A stretch of 64,000 nt of DNA from an uncultured delta proteobacterium. GTDB taxonomy: Bacteria; Desulfobacterota; Binatia; UBA9968. Shown piece after piece: positions 50,351 through 61,164 of the stretch; within the stretch, counting starts at the first letter, position 1; each line of letters starts with the position of its first letter. The stretch lies in the NCBI GenBank assembly GCA_963745835.1, contig CAVUZH010000003.1, forward strand, positions 768,001 to 832,000. Direction: 5' to 3'. The position numbers and the translations under genes are program-made. The notes below the pieces were generated by a model. It made no database searches. It saw nothing but the letters and a program-made list of their open reading frames with translations, and was not told the origin of the DNA.

Positions 50351-51700
50351 TCCGATCCCCTCTCTGCGCTGACAAATATAATTCTCATCTCCAGAATACT
50401 GAGCGTATTCATGGGAGTAGGGATTGTATTGCTGGTCTATCTCACCGTTTGTAGAGCTATTTGATCGGCAGTCGGCGCTTTTCTCAGCGCTCATCGTTAC
50501 ATTCTCTTATCCATTCATTTACTACGCTCACAACGCGAATGCTGATATTCCTTATCTCTTTTGGGCTTTTTTGGCGGTGTACTATTTTGTGCGGCTCCTT
50601 AAGATTTATCACCTGAGGCATTACGTTCTTTTTACGTTGTTCGGTAACTATCGCTATTTGTACTAAGGATCAAGCCTATGGTCTATTTCTTCTTTCACCG
50701 CTAGCTACTCTGAACAAGATTACTAAATCGCGACATACAGCCAAGGACGATGATTTATAACCTCGGCGGGCTCGAAGATGTCATGTAGCATGGTAAGTTG
50801 CTTTCGCACGTTCTGTTTCCGCAACATATATTCTGGAGATTTTACAGGGTTTGTTAATCATGTAAGGCTGATTACGGGTGAGGGCTCCGTACGCGAGGCT
50901 AAGATTCAGCCTACGGTTCTCAGGCGATTGGAACTGTTATGGACAACGGTATCAGGAGTGTCCACAAACTGAACTGCACCACTTTTTGTGCTCAGCCTGA
51001 TCGGCTCGGTCTATTGTGCATTCAGTTTTACCCGGTATTCGCTCCCATTACTGTTTCTTGCAGGCTCGTACTATGTCACCTTTTTCAACGTTGTTCGGGT
51101 AATATCGCGGGCTTACGGTTTGTTTGCTTGCAACGGGATCATCATCGCGTTCTTTGGCGGGAAACTCCTTAGTGAAGTGTGGCAGCAGGGGCCGTGGCAA
51201 AAACTTCGAAGGGTCGCTATCTGTGTCGCCTACGCATATGCGGCTCTTTTCGCGGTTCAGTTGGATCTTTTTAATCACGAGAGACCCACGATACGAGGCG
51301 AAAGATTGGTTAGAAGAAAGATTGAAACGCGAGCAGCTACTCGTATCAGTCTCACCTAGTGACACCTTTTTTAAACATTACCCTCGCTTTCCTATATGGG
51401 TTAAGGTCCGGAGTAGTAAGCTTCAGTCGGGTACACAGTGGGAGATCCGGGAAACCGAGCATAAAATGTTGCCTAATCTGTACACAGGGAGAGAACCACC
51501 GGAGTACATTGTACTTAGCAAGTTTTCGTATGGTGGACTCCTGGCCCCCGAGGCAGAACACAGTGATGAAGCACGAGACGTGAAACATTTGTTAGAAGGC
51601 CGTAAAGATTACTCTCTGGCGGTCACATTCGAGACCCCCACCCTAGTACGGATTGAAGGACAAGCTATTAATCTGGAATGGAAATTTTCGCTCGATCTCA
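50130..51700 (+). pseudogene. Fragmented GT-C-like membrane protein
   Basis: Pieces such as LFDRQSALFSALIV...YYAHNANADIPYLFW, TKDQAYG and DPRYEAKDWLE in shifting frames; boundaries approximate. Confidence 0.55.
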
Positions 51701-51748
51701 TCAATCTGCGATCGCGAGCGCTAGATCGATATTGGACAGAGGAAAGTA

Positions 51749-52256
51749 ATGGGGTATTGATAACCGGTATCACAGGACAGGATGTTTCGTATCTGCCGAG
51801 TTCCTTCTCAGCCATGGATACAGGATTTACGGACTTCTTCGGGACGCGCTCAATTGAAACCAAGCAAGGAGAGATTGGGGTTACGCCCCTGAGTACGTCG
51901 AGGCCATGTGGCTGATGCTGCAACAACACGAGCCGAACGATTACGTGATCGCCACGGGGGAAACTCACTCCGTTAAGGAATTCGTTGAAGAATCTTTCCG
52001 ATTACTGGGCCTCGACTGGCGTAAGTACGTGAAGATCGATGAGCGATACATCCGTCCGACCGAAGTGGATCTCCTGCTCGGTGATTATTCCAAAGCCGAA
52101 ACGAAGCTGGGATGGAAGCCGAAAGTGAGTTTCAAGGAGCTGGTGCGAATCATGATTGAAGCGGATCTCGAGCTCGCGAAACGTGAGGCGCATATGAGTA
52201 AGTTTGACGAAAAGCTTGGCGGTTCCAAATTTGAGGTTTCTCCAAAGCCAGGCTGA
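51749..52256 (+). pseudogene. gmd: GDP-mannose 4,6-dehydratase with its central part missing
   Basis: VLITGITGQD.SYL start jumps to [38 protein letters not shown]...[11 protein letters not shown]. Confidence 0.85.
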
Positions 52257-52952
52257 TTTTTCGGTCATTCAAGGATTTACGAAAACGGGTGATTGCGATG
52301 CCGCAATCCCAGGAACGCTGCGGAAAACTCCAACTCAGCTGCCAGATCTACATAGCTGAAGACCAAAACCATATGTCAGTGAGCTCGAATTTTCGATGTC
52401 GCTGAAGCCGGCCGTATAACGGTATTGACTGTTGAAAGTCGGCCGCTTCCGGCAAAAAAGACCGTAAGGGTCCGAAGCAAAGGGCCGTGGGCAAGCTTGC
52501 CCGGTGGTTGCTAGTGACAGTTTGTCTCCCAAATAAATTGCCGCGTGTTATCAATGGGCTCGACGATATTAGAGAGTCATCACGTGGCCTTAAAGTTGCT
52601 CACTCAGCTTAACCTCACCCTTAGAGCGGCTTTCCACGTCGGAGAATTTCGAAATCCATCGCGCATTGGCGCTATGTGAAGTGCTTGACGGGATGAAACT
52701 GAGAACGCTGTCGATGATGGGCGGAGCCGCGTCTATGGCCCGTCGCCTTTTTTCCGCATGCGAATGACTTTTACAGCCCGTCCTCTCCGAATCATTATTA
52801 TTACAGAGAACCCCCAGCGACGCGAAAATTATCTCGTGCAAACGCGCTAAGCTCGCGGCCTAAGAAAAGGTTTCTCAGCCTTCAGGTTCAGAGCAGGTTG
52901 AGCTCGAATCCACCTTGATTTTCGTCTTGACCGGCCATCTGACTCCCACAAC

Positions 52953-53936
52953 ATGAACAACCGAAAAACAATTTATCTTGGCATCCTAGTAAGCCTTGTT
53001 TTCATCTATTTCTCATTTACCGGCGTAAGTATCAGCCGGGTCTGGTTGAACATCGCGGCGCTCGACCCAAAATTTATCGCTGTCAGTGCGGTCTTGATCC
53101 TTGCAGAGTTCATGCTGCGGGCGTTTCGGTGGAAGTTTTTACTGAACCCGAACAGCAGGCCGAAAGTGAAGCAGTTGTTTTCCGTGTTGATGATTGGATA
53201 TTTCAGCAACAACATTATCCCCCTTAAAATGGGCGAGTTAGTCAGAGCTCAGCTTCTCGGGATGAATTATAACGTCAATAGAGTGCAAGCGCTTGCGACC
53301 ATTGTCGTTGAGAGAGCCTGTGATCTGCTGACACTACTTGCCATGTTTGGAATATGCGTTTTGCTTTACGACGTTTTTCCGCTCTGGATTAAACAAGGGG
53401 GAGCGCTGACAGCGGTTATGCTTGTAGGAGTATTGGTGGTCCTTTGGCTCTACCGTCAGAAGGCGAACATCATTATAGAGCGTGTACGGCAACGAAATAG
53501 TCGAATGTCAGAAACGCTCAGCTCGATAATGGATAATTTCGTCGTTGGGCTGGGTGTCCTGGGTGACCGCAAGACGTTGGTCATTGTGCTTGTCCTTAGT
53601 GTGGTGATTTGGGCGGTGGTGATTGCGTCGATCGACATGGTCTTGCTTTCTTTTTCTCTTGAACTATCGCTTTTTGCCCCAGTCTTTGTGGCGGTCATGG
53701 TCGGCCTGGGGATGCTGCTGCCTGCGCCGCCAGCAAATATTGGCGTTTATCAGGGATTTGCCATTCTAGCGCTGCTTCCTTTTGGTGTTGACAGAGAAGC
53801 CGCTCTGAGCTTCGCCTTGGTTCTACATTTCATAGAGCTCGCGATTACCACTTCCATCGGATTTGTCTGCTTAGTGCGAGAGGTCGGCTCTGTTCACGTT
53901 GGCATGATGAAACTGTGGCCAAGTGCGGCGAAGTAA
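52953..53936 (+). CDS. Lysylphosphatidylglycerol-synthase TM domain / flippase-like protein
   Basis: LRAFRW, NNIIPLKMGELVR, TIVVERACD, LPAPPANIGVYQ. Confidence 0.88.
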   Translation: MNNRKTIYLGILVSLVFIYFSFTGVSISRVWLNIAALDPKFIAVSAVLILAEFMLRAFRWKFLLNPNSRPKVKQLFSVLMIGYFSNNIIPLKMGELVRAQLLGMNYNVNRVQALATIVVERACDLLTLLAMFGICVLLYDVFPLWIKQGGALTAVMLVGVLVVLWLYRQKANIIIERVRQRNSRMSETLSSIMDNFVVGLGVLGDRKTLVIVLVLSVVIWAVVIASIDMVLLSFSLELSLFAPVFVAVMVGLGMLLPAPPANIGVYQGFAILALLPFGVDREAALSFALVLHFIELAITTSIGFVCLVREVGSVHVGMMKLWPSAAK

Positions 53937-54162
53937 AAAGACCTTCAAAAAGGAAGAAGTGGATCTCGTTTGCGGCTTGCGCCCTAGCATAAAATGACTG
54001 TCGTGCTCTTCATCGTTGGATCCTCATCGGCACACTTCCCAGACTCGGATAAGAATGCCTCGCCAACGCGCAAGGGCAGCAAGCAACCTCTGCTCTTTGC
54101 GGCTAAGCGTCTTGGCATGATGATTAATTCTCTCCTGGGTTGAACTGTTTTTTATTCAACAC

Positions 54163-55533
54163 ATGTCCCATTTCAATCAGTTGAATGTGCCCAGCGAACA
54201 CCGGCCATGGCGCGAGGTAACGGACGGTCAAATTCCGGTTGTTATCTTGGGCGCCGGCCTGACGGGTTTATCGGCGGCTTATCACATCTCTAGCAAGCCG
54301 ACGCTCTTGATCGAGCGCGCGGCGGAAGTCGGCGGTCATGCGCGTAGCGAACGTTGGAACGGTCATACCTTCGATGTAACGGGCCACTGGCTCCATCTAC
54401 GCGACCCGCGGGTGCAGTCACTGGTCGCGGAACTGTTCCAGCCGGGAGAACTTACCGAAATCGAACGCCGCGCCTCCGTATTGTCGCATGGCGTTCTGGT
54501 CGCTTATCCATTCCAGGCCAATCTGTACGGTTTACCTGCAGACGTGGTGCAGGAGTGTTTGGTGGAATTTGTCAAAGCTCGGGAGGCGGCGGCTGCTAGC
54601 AATGGACGAAATCCTCGCACATTCGAAGATTATGCCGTCACCCGTTTTGGCAATGGCATCACGCGCCATTTTTTTGTTCCGTACAATACAAAACTCTTCG
54701 GCATACATCCTAACTGTCTTACCGCAAGTTGGGTATCGCGTTACATTCCAGTTCCCGAGGTTCATGAGGTTATTGGCGGTGCCATCGGACTGCAACAGCA
54801 AGGTCTGGGTTACAATCCACGGTTCTTGTATCCAAAAAAAGGCGGAATCGACGCACTGCCTAAGGCGTTACTGCGCGGAATACAGGACCAGGCACAATGC
54901 GAGCTGCAGACCAGCACGGATGTGGAAGAAGTTGACCCGTCTGAACGCCTAATAAAGCTTACCGGCGCTTCGGACTGGCTGAAATATAGCAACTTGATTT
55001 CAACTATTCCGCTGCCGGAATTGATCTCGCGCATTCCCACGGCACCGGCTCACATTCGAGAGCTTGCCAGAAACTTGCGTTGCGTCAAATGGCGTTATCT
55101 GAACGTCGCGACCCGGACTCCATCGCCTGCAGATTATCACTGGGTGTATGTACCGGAAGAGCGTTATCCGTTCTTCAGGGTAGGCGTTTTCAGCAATGCA
55201 GTTCCTACAATGGCGCCTGCTGGTGGTGGATCTCTTTACGTAGAGCTCGCAGACCGCACCGGAGCTCCGAACGTGGGCGAGGTCATACAGGCCCTGGCAC
55301 AGATCGGCGCGATTACCGGGGCCGAAGATGTAACCTTCGCGGACGTACGAGAAATTGAATACGCGTACGTCATCTTTGATGACGCCTACGAAGAGTCGAC
55401 CCGATCCATCCATCAATGGCTAAAAGACGTGGGTATCCTCAGTTGTGGACGTTACGGCGCTTGGGTTTACAACTCGATGGAAGACAGCATCATCCAAGGA
55501 ATGGAGGCCGCTTTATGGGCACAGAGCAGGTAA
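54163..55533 (+). CDS. FAD-dependent oxidoreductase, UDP-galactopyranose-mutase / protoporphyrinogen-oxidase-like
   Basis: GAGLTGLSAA, GGHARS, FDVTGHWLH, YPFQANL, PYNTK, YPKKGG, PFFRV, GRYGAW.Y. Confidence 0.8.
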   Translation: MSHFNQLNVPSEHRPWREVTDGQIPVVILGAGLTGLSAAYHISSKPTLLIERAAEVGGHARSERWNGHTFDVTGHWLHLRDPRVQSLVAELFQPGELTEIERRASVLSHGVLVAYPFQANLYGLPADVVQECLVEFVKAREAAAASNGRNPRTFEDYAVTRFGNGITRHFFVPYNTKLFGIHPNCLTASWVSRYIPVPEVHEVIGGAIGLQQQGLGYNPRFLYPKKGGIDALPKALLRGIQDQAQCELQTSTDVEEVDPSERLIKLTGASDWLKYSNLISTIPLPELISRIPTAPAHIRELARNLRCVKWRYLNVATRTPSPADYHWVYVPEERYPFFRVGVFSNAVPTMAPAGGGSLYVELADRTGAPNVGEVIQALAQIGAITGAEDVTFADVREIEYAYVIFDDAYEESTRSIHQWLKDVGILSCGRYGAWVYNSMEDSIIQGMEAALWAQSR

Positions 55534-56285
55534 ACGATCGGCGACCATCGGAATTCTCCGTTGTGATTCCTGTTTACAATGAAGAAAAGATTCTGCCATC
55601 CTCGCTAGGCGATCTGCAGCAACGCTTGAGAGACACGGGTCACAGTTACGAGATTATTCTCGCCGAGAATGGCAGTCGTGACCGCACTGTTGCCATCGGC
55701 CAGGAACATGCCGCGCGTCATCCCGATGTCAGTATTTTTTCATATCCCGAGCCGAACTATGGCGGTGCCTTACGAGAGGGCATTCTGCGCGCCCGGGGCG
55801 AGTTCGTGGTCTGCGAAGAAATCGACATCTTGGACGTTGATTTCCACATGTGTGCACTGGAACTGCTGCGGACGCGCAAAGCGGATATGGTCGTGGGATC
55901 GAAGGCGATGCGCGGCGCACGCGACCATAGGCCATTCGTGCGTAGATTTGCTACCCGTGTGTACAACCGAGTATTGCGATTGACGCTTGGCTTTCGAGGC
56001 ACCGACACCCATGGGATAAAGGCATTCCGTCGCTCTACGATGCTTCCGGTACTCCGAGAGTGCGTGATTGAAAAAGACGTGTTTGCCAGCGAGTTAGTGA
56101 TCCGAGCGGAGCGCGCCGGACTTCGAATTGTCGAAATCCCGGTCGACATTGTCGAGAAACGCGCACCGTCGATTAACCTGTTCCGCCGTGTTCCTCATGC
56201 ATTAGCCAATGTATTGCGGTTGATGATTTACATCCATTTCGGCCGAACTGCTGCCCAGCCGGCCGAAGCCAAACCACGTGAGTAA
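55515..56285 (+). CDS. GT2 dolichol/polyprenol-phosphate glycosyltransferase-like
   Basis: SVVIPVYNEE, ENGSRD, YGGALREG, DTHGIKAF, EIPV. Confidence 0.88.
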   Translation: MGTEQVNDRRPSEFSVVIPVYNEEKILPSSLGDLQQRLRDTGHSYEIILAENGSRDRTVAIGQEHAARHPDVSIFSYPEPNYGGALREGILRARGEFVVCEEIDILDVDFHMCALELLRTRKADMVVGSKAMRGARDHRPFVRRFATRVYNRVLRLTLGFRGTDTHGIKAFRRSTMLPVLRECVIEKDVFASELVIRAERAGLRIVEIPVDIVEKRAPSINLFRRVPHALANVLRLMIYIHFGRTAAQPAEAKPRE

Positions 56286-57207
56286 AAAAATAGCGGCGCA
56301 AAGAACTCTGGTCAGTGTCGATCTCGATGATGTCTCCTGCTATCACGCGATTCACGGCCTTCCAGCGCCATCGGAAAGGCAGCTCGGGATTGTACTCGAG
56401 CGCTGCTTGCCGCGCTTTCTCGATCTTTTTGCGGAGCTCAAGGTCCGTGCAACGTTCTTCGTCATCGGACGTGATTTGGAACGCGATCTGAAGGATGGGA
56501 GACGAGGCGCAGCGCTGCTAAAGCAAGCGCTGACACAAGGCCATGAGCTGGCAAATCATAGCTATTCACACGCGTACGATCTATCGACTTGGCCGAAAGC
56601 GCGGATCGCGGACGATCTAAAAGCTTGCGACGGTTTGTTGCGCGAGCTTGGCGCACCCGCCGCCGGTTTCCGGGCGCCGGGATACACTCATAACGGTAAG
56701 CTGCTGGCCGAGGTCGCCCGCCTCGGCTATACCTATGACAGTTCGGCGCTGCCTTCTCCTCCTTACTATCTTGCCAAGCTTGCGGTCATGGCATGGATGG
56801 CGCTCCGTGGACGTCGCTCGCATTCCCTCGCTCGGGGCTGGCGGAGCTTTCTCGGAGCTGCGCAACCCCGGCGTGTGGAAAAATTGGGTATTTGGGAAGT
56901 GCCGATGAGTGTCAGCCCATACTTGCGTCTTCCGTTGATAGGCACCGCGTTGCTTTCAGGACCGGAACCGCTGGCAACTAGGTTGCGCCAAGGCGCTATA
57001 GGTCAGCGTTATTTTCACCTCGAGCTGCACGGGATCGATCTCGCGGACGCGGGAGATAACGGTTCTGCGGGCGACGGTTACGCTCCCGAGTTGAAGGCTC
57101 TGCAGCCTGAGCTTCGGATCCCACTCAAACTGCGGCTCGATCGTTTACGTCAGCTTTTGCGGGCCAGGGCAGACGCGACGTCCATTGTATCCATCCTCAG
57201 GTCATAA
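56278..57207 (+). CDS. Polysaccharide deacetylase family protein
   Basis: VSVDLD, ATFFVIG, GHELANHSYSH, GFRAPGY, YDSS. Confidence 0.88.
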   Translation: MSKKIAAQRTLVSVDLDDVSCYHAIHGLPAPSERQLGIVLERCLPRFLDLFAELKVRATFFVIGRDLERDLKDGRRGAALLKQALTQGHELANHSYSHAYDLSTWPKARIADDLKACDGLLRELGAPAAGFRAPGYTHNGKLLAEVARLGYTYDSSALPSPPYYLAKLAVMAWMALRGRRSHSLARGWRSFLGAAQPRRVEKLGIWEVPMSVSPYLRLPLIGTALLSGPEPLATRLRQGAIGQRYFHLELHGIDLADAGDNGSAGDGYAPELKALQPELRIPLKLRLDRLRQLLRARADATSIVSILRS

Positions 57208-57253
57208 ACTGTTCTATGGGGATCCCTTGGATGAGGTAAGATGAGTTACAAAA

Positions 57254-58543
57254 ATGAAAATTCTCGAAAATAAAAAATTGCTGTTAGCGATAATCTTTGC
57301 TGCCGCCTTCGTTGCGCGACTCGTCACGATGATTGCGTTGGAGACGTACAAATTCCCGAACGAGGAGGCATTCGGTTTTGGCTATGGCGACACGGCGAGA
57401 TACGTAGCACTGGGCGAAGGTTTTAAAACGTCACACTTTCTGCCAGGAACGGCGCGTCCCAGCGCGGTATCTCCTCCGGGATATGTCTACTTCATGGCTT
57501 TGATTTTCTCTATATTCGGCATCTATAGCGAGCAGTCGGCCATCATCTTGGAGGTATTGCAGTCGCTCACCGCGGCGTTTGCCTGTCTGGTGTTCTACCA
57601 CCTCGGCAAAAAATGGAACGAGAGCACAGGACTGCTTGCGGCGTTGGGCATGGCCTTTTATCCTCCATCAATTCTATTTTCGGTGATGCGCATCAGTCCG
57701 ATCCTGCTTGTGGTTCTGCTGCTTGGCATCATCATGCTCTACCTGTTCAAGATTCAAGAGCGCTGGCAGACACGCGATGTTGTGATCTGCGGGATATTGA
57801 TGGGTCTGAACGTGCTTATGGAGCCGACCGTTATACTCTTTTATATGGCGGCCTGTATTTGGCTCTTTTTCTGGAGCCCACAGCCGCGATCCAGGGCCGT
57901 GAAATCTTCGGCTATGATGGCGACGATTTGCGTTCTCTGCGTGCTGCCGTGGACGATAAGGAACTATATGGTCTTCGGGACTTTTGTGCCGATAAAGTCG
58001 TCGATGGGCGCTCATCTGCTTCAGGGCAATCATCCATTCTCGGCAAGCGAGGGGGCGATTTTTGGCCCCGAGATCAAGAAAGCGTTTTCTGCAGAGGAAT
58101 TAGCAAAGTTGGAAACGATGGACGAGGTTCAGGCCAACAAGTTCATGGAAAAAAAAGCGATTGAGTTCATCAGAGCCGATCCCGGCATGTTCATCCAACG
58201 CACACTCACTCGCATCTATTACTACTGGGCTTTCGTCAATCCATATAGGGAAACGCGGTACGACACCCTAAGGATTGTTACGTACGGGCCGGTTTTCATT
58301 TTGGGACTAATCGGCTTTTTGCTTTCGCGTAAGTACTGGAGGGAGTCCTCGCTTCTTCTTGCGCTGATGCTTTCGTATCCGCTCTTCTATTACGTCACAC
58401 AAGTCACGATCAACAGATATAGATTCGTCCCGGAGGTATTTCTGATCATTATGGCATCGTATGCGACCGTAGAACTTGTTGGGCGATTTGGCCGCTTACG
58501 TTCGCTGGCGCAGGCCGAAACAACCAGTGTTCTCGAGCGCTGA
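57254..58543 (+). CDS. GT-C glycosyltransferase (ArnT/PMT-like), paralog of 48352..49581
   Basis: PPGY, FYPP, PWTIRNY, RYR..PE; multi-TM. Confidence 0.82.
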   Translation: MKILENKKLLLAIIFAAAFVARLVTMIALETYKFPNEEAFGFGYGDTARYVALGEGFKTSHFLPGTARPSAVSPPGYVYFMALIFSIFGIYSEQSAIILEVLQSLTAAFACLVFYHLGKKWNESTGLLAALGMAFYPPSILFSVMRISPILLVVLLLGIIMLYLFKIQERWQTRDVVICGILMGLNVLMEPTVILFYMAACIWLFFWSPQPRSRAVKSSAMMATICVLCVLPWTIRNYMVFGTFVPIKSSMGAHLLQGNHPFSASEGAIFGPEIKKAFSAEELAKLETMDEVQANKFMEKKAIEFIRADPGMFIQRTLTRIYYYWAFVNPYRETRYDTLRIVTYGPVFILGLIGFLLSRKYWRESSLLLALMLSYPLFYYVTQVTINRYRFVPEVFLIIMASYATVELVGRFGRLRSLAQAETTSVLER

Positions 58544-58698
58544 CTGAGTAAAACGCACGCGGAGGGCTGTTCTCGCGCCAAGGCGGAGAAGGTAGCAAGG
58601 GAATGGACCGTGAGCGGTGGGCAAGTAAACAGAAACGTTCGAGATTCAAGTTCGAATGTGAAAACCTAAGCTCGCCCGAAAGCGGAAACTCTAGTCAT

Positions 58699-59496
58699 AT
58701 GGATGAACTGGTTACCTCCTTTCCCACGGATAAAGCGGCATTGTCATTGTTCGCGGCAACCTCCAAAGCGAGGGTTCTCGGTACTGGGGTCACACCGCTG
58801 GACCTCGACGGGACAGTAAATTTGCTGCTCGAGATGGTCCAGTCCAACGCGCAAGGTTACGTCTGCGTGGCTAATGTGCACACGACCACACTTGCCGTGC
58901 GCGATCAACGATTCAGAAGCGCACTCGACGGGGCAGCTGCCGTGGTGGCGGATGGGATGCCCATCGTCTGGCGCGTGCGCGCCGCAGGTTATCCGCAGGC
59001 AGGTCGCGTCTACGGCGTCGATTTGATTGAGGCTATATGCGCGTCCGGCATCCGAACCGGACTGCGCCATGGTTTTTTCGGTGGGTGGGGAGGTGCGGCA
59101 GAGGTGATGGTCGCGCGATTGAGGGAGCGCCATCCGTCGCTCCACGTAGCGGGAGTCTGGGAGCCCGGCCTGGTTAGGGAAGGGGAGCAAGCGCCGCCTG
59201 ATCTGCTCCAGTCTATCAATGACGCGGCCTGCGACGTTCTGTGGGTGGGCCTGGGCGCGCCGAAGCAGGAAGTGTGGATGGCGCAACACCGGGGTTATCT
59301 TCGGGCGCCAGTGATGGTCGGAGTCGGCCAGGCATTTGACATTCTCGCCGGGCGCACATCGCGCGCTCCGTCGTGGATGGGTTCGCATGGGTTGGAGTGG
59401 CTTTACCGTCTGAGTCACGAACCTCGGCGTCTATGGAAGCGCTACGCCGTCTACAACAGCCTCTTCGTTTGGTATCTGCTGCGAGAGAACTTCTGA
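58699..59496 (+). CDS. WecB/TagA/CpsF-family glycosyltransferase
   Basis: VANVH, ADGMP, RVYGVDL, WVGLGAPKQE, GVGQAFD, GLEWLYRL..EPRRLWKRY. Confidence 0.93.
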   Translation: MDELVTSFPTDKAALSLFAATSKARVLGTGVTPLDLDGTVNLLLEMVQSNAQGYVCVANVHTTTLAVRDQRFRSALDGAAAVVADGMPIVWRVRAAGYPQAGRVYGVDLIEAICASGIRTGLRHGFFGGWGGAAEVMVARLRERHPSLHVAGVWEPGLVREGEQAPPDLLQSINDAACDVLWVGLGAPKQEVWMAQHRGYLRAPVMVGVGQAFDILAGRTSRAPSWMGSHGLEWLYRLSHEPRRLWKRYAVYNSLFVWYLLRENF

Positions 59497-59560
59497 ACGT
59501 CGAATTAGTTCCCTAACCTTAACTCACCTGCTCTCCTATGCTTTTTGTTGCATTTTCCTT

Positions 59561-60901
59561 ATGCCCGTCCTTGTGATGCTTTTTTATCGCCATCCAATGG
59601 TATTGCTCTGCCTGTTTCCGGTTACCAATGCCATCTATGGTGGACTCCTTCCTGATTATGATCTCGTCATTGGCGGCTTCTTGTTAGTGCCTATGGATGC
59701 CCTTTATTTATTTACGATCACCACCTTAGGATTATGTGCCTTGCTACGGCCAAGAAAAATCGCAGCCGCCTTGAAGGAAAATATCTTTCTTAACCATGTT
59801 CCTTGCCTTAATGGCGCTTGTACGTGCTGGTTTATACGCCAATTTATGGACAAAGCGCCATCGGTGAGGCACGGAAACTTTATTTTTTCTTTCTGATCCC
59901 TTTGCTGGCTGCCGTAGCTATCAAAACTCCTGCGGATCTTCGGCGATTTCTTGTCACTATAGTTTGGGCGGCAGCAGGTCTTGCCATCTTTGCGTTCGGC
60001 ACGGCTGTTGCCAGCGGAACTATTTTTCGTCCCATCAACGCGCAAGGTGCTTTAACCTTAGCGTTAGCCGCAGCTTTGATGTTGATTCACCGCATACACA
60101 AGATAGTTCTTATCGACCCACTTGCGGATAAGGTTTTGCTCGTGCTTTTGTTCGCTGGCGCGATTATCGCCGGGCACCGAACAGTCTGGCTTGCGGTTGG
60201 ATCTGGGCTGCTTCTGGCGTTTTGGTTATATCGCAGCAAACAGGGGCTCATAGCTAAGGTATTGGGGGTCATAAGCATTATGGTCGCCCTAATCGGCATC
60301 GGAATAGCGCTCTTTCCCGAGACTGGGGCACGTTTCGGAAGTGCCTTTGAGGGAATACTGAATCCCCAGGAGGATGACACCGCCTCGTGGCGTATTGAGG
60401 GCTGGCAAATCCATCTGGATCGAGTGAAGCCAGGACGGCAATCTCCTGTTCGGGGAAGGGTTGGGCACTTATTATGGCCGGGATCAATACGGTGAAATCC
60501 GGCCAACTCCCCACAGCGCCTACATTGAGCTGATACTGAAGTTTGGGCTATTCGGCCTAACCCTTTACGGCCTTTTGGTTTGCAAGTTTATCCGTAACGC
60601 ACTGGCAGTCAGGAAGACGCTGGGGGCCGGCCCGATGAAGGTCTGGCTAGAGGCTAGCATTCTGACTTTTGGGTCGGCGCATGCCTACTGCTCGGGTTAC
60701 AGTATCGAGCCAATCATGCTGATGTTTTTAGCTGTGGGGAACAGCGCGCAACGATTAACTCGGCTTAGCCCGTCGAGTTTCGAACCCGTCGAGAACAAGC
60801 TGTTGCAACGCGCACAAATTTCGCACGTCTTAACCACCCACGACCGGCCAGGGCTAATACCGGCATCTACGAGAAATTCGGCCATTCTAGTTATAGGCTG
60901 A
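59561..60901 (+). CDS. O-antigen ligase / Wzy polymerase-like membrane protein, frameshifted
   Basis: Multi-TM pieces in three frames with HRTVW, TASWRIEGW, PHSAYIELILKFGLFG (Wzy_C-like). Confidence 0.75.
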
Positions 60902-60913
60902 TAGAATAGAGCG

Positions 60914-61164
60914 ATGAGAGAGAAAAACGCGTTGCAATTTTAACGAACCCCGCAACGCTTATAAAGCTGCTTTCTTACATTAGACGCCGGACCCGGGCTG
61001 ATTATAAAGATAGGGAGTCATTGTCATAGACGACCGAGCGAAGAGATTGGCTTGCCGGGTGGAAGAAGTTGCTGTGGAAACAGGCGTGCCAGTGGAAAGT
61101 AGCAGCGAAAACATTGAGTGTTTACGAGGATATTATTTCAAAGGAAAAAGGAGTTAGAAGTTGA
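60914..61164 (+). pseudogene. Remnant of a GT4 glycosyltransferase (termini only)
   Basis: Start resembles KRVAILTN; end reads WKVAAKTLSVYEDIISKEKGVRS-stop, a typical GT4 C-terminal helix, overlapping the next start. Confidence 0.45.

Noticed and set aside
54113-54128. Sigma54-like TGGCAT-GATGA-TTAAT
   Set aside because: Lacks the conserved GC at -12.
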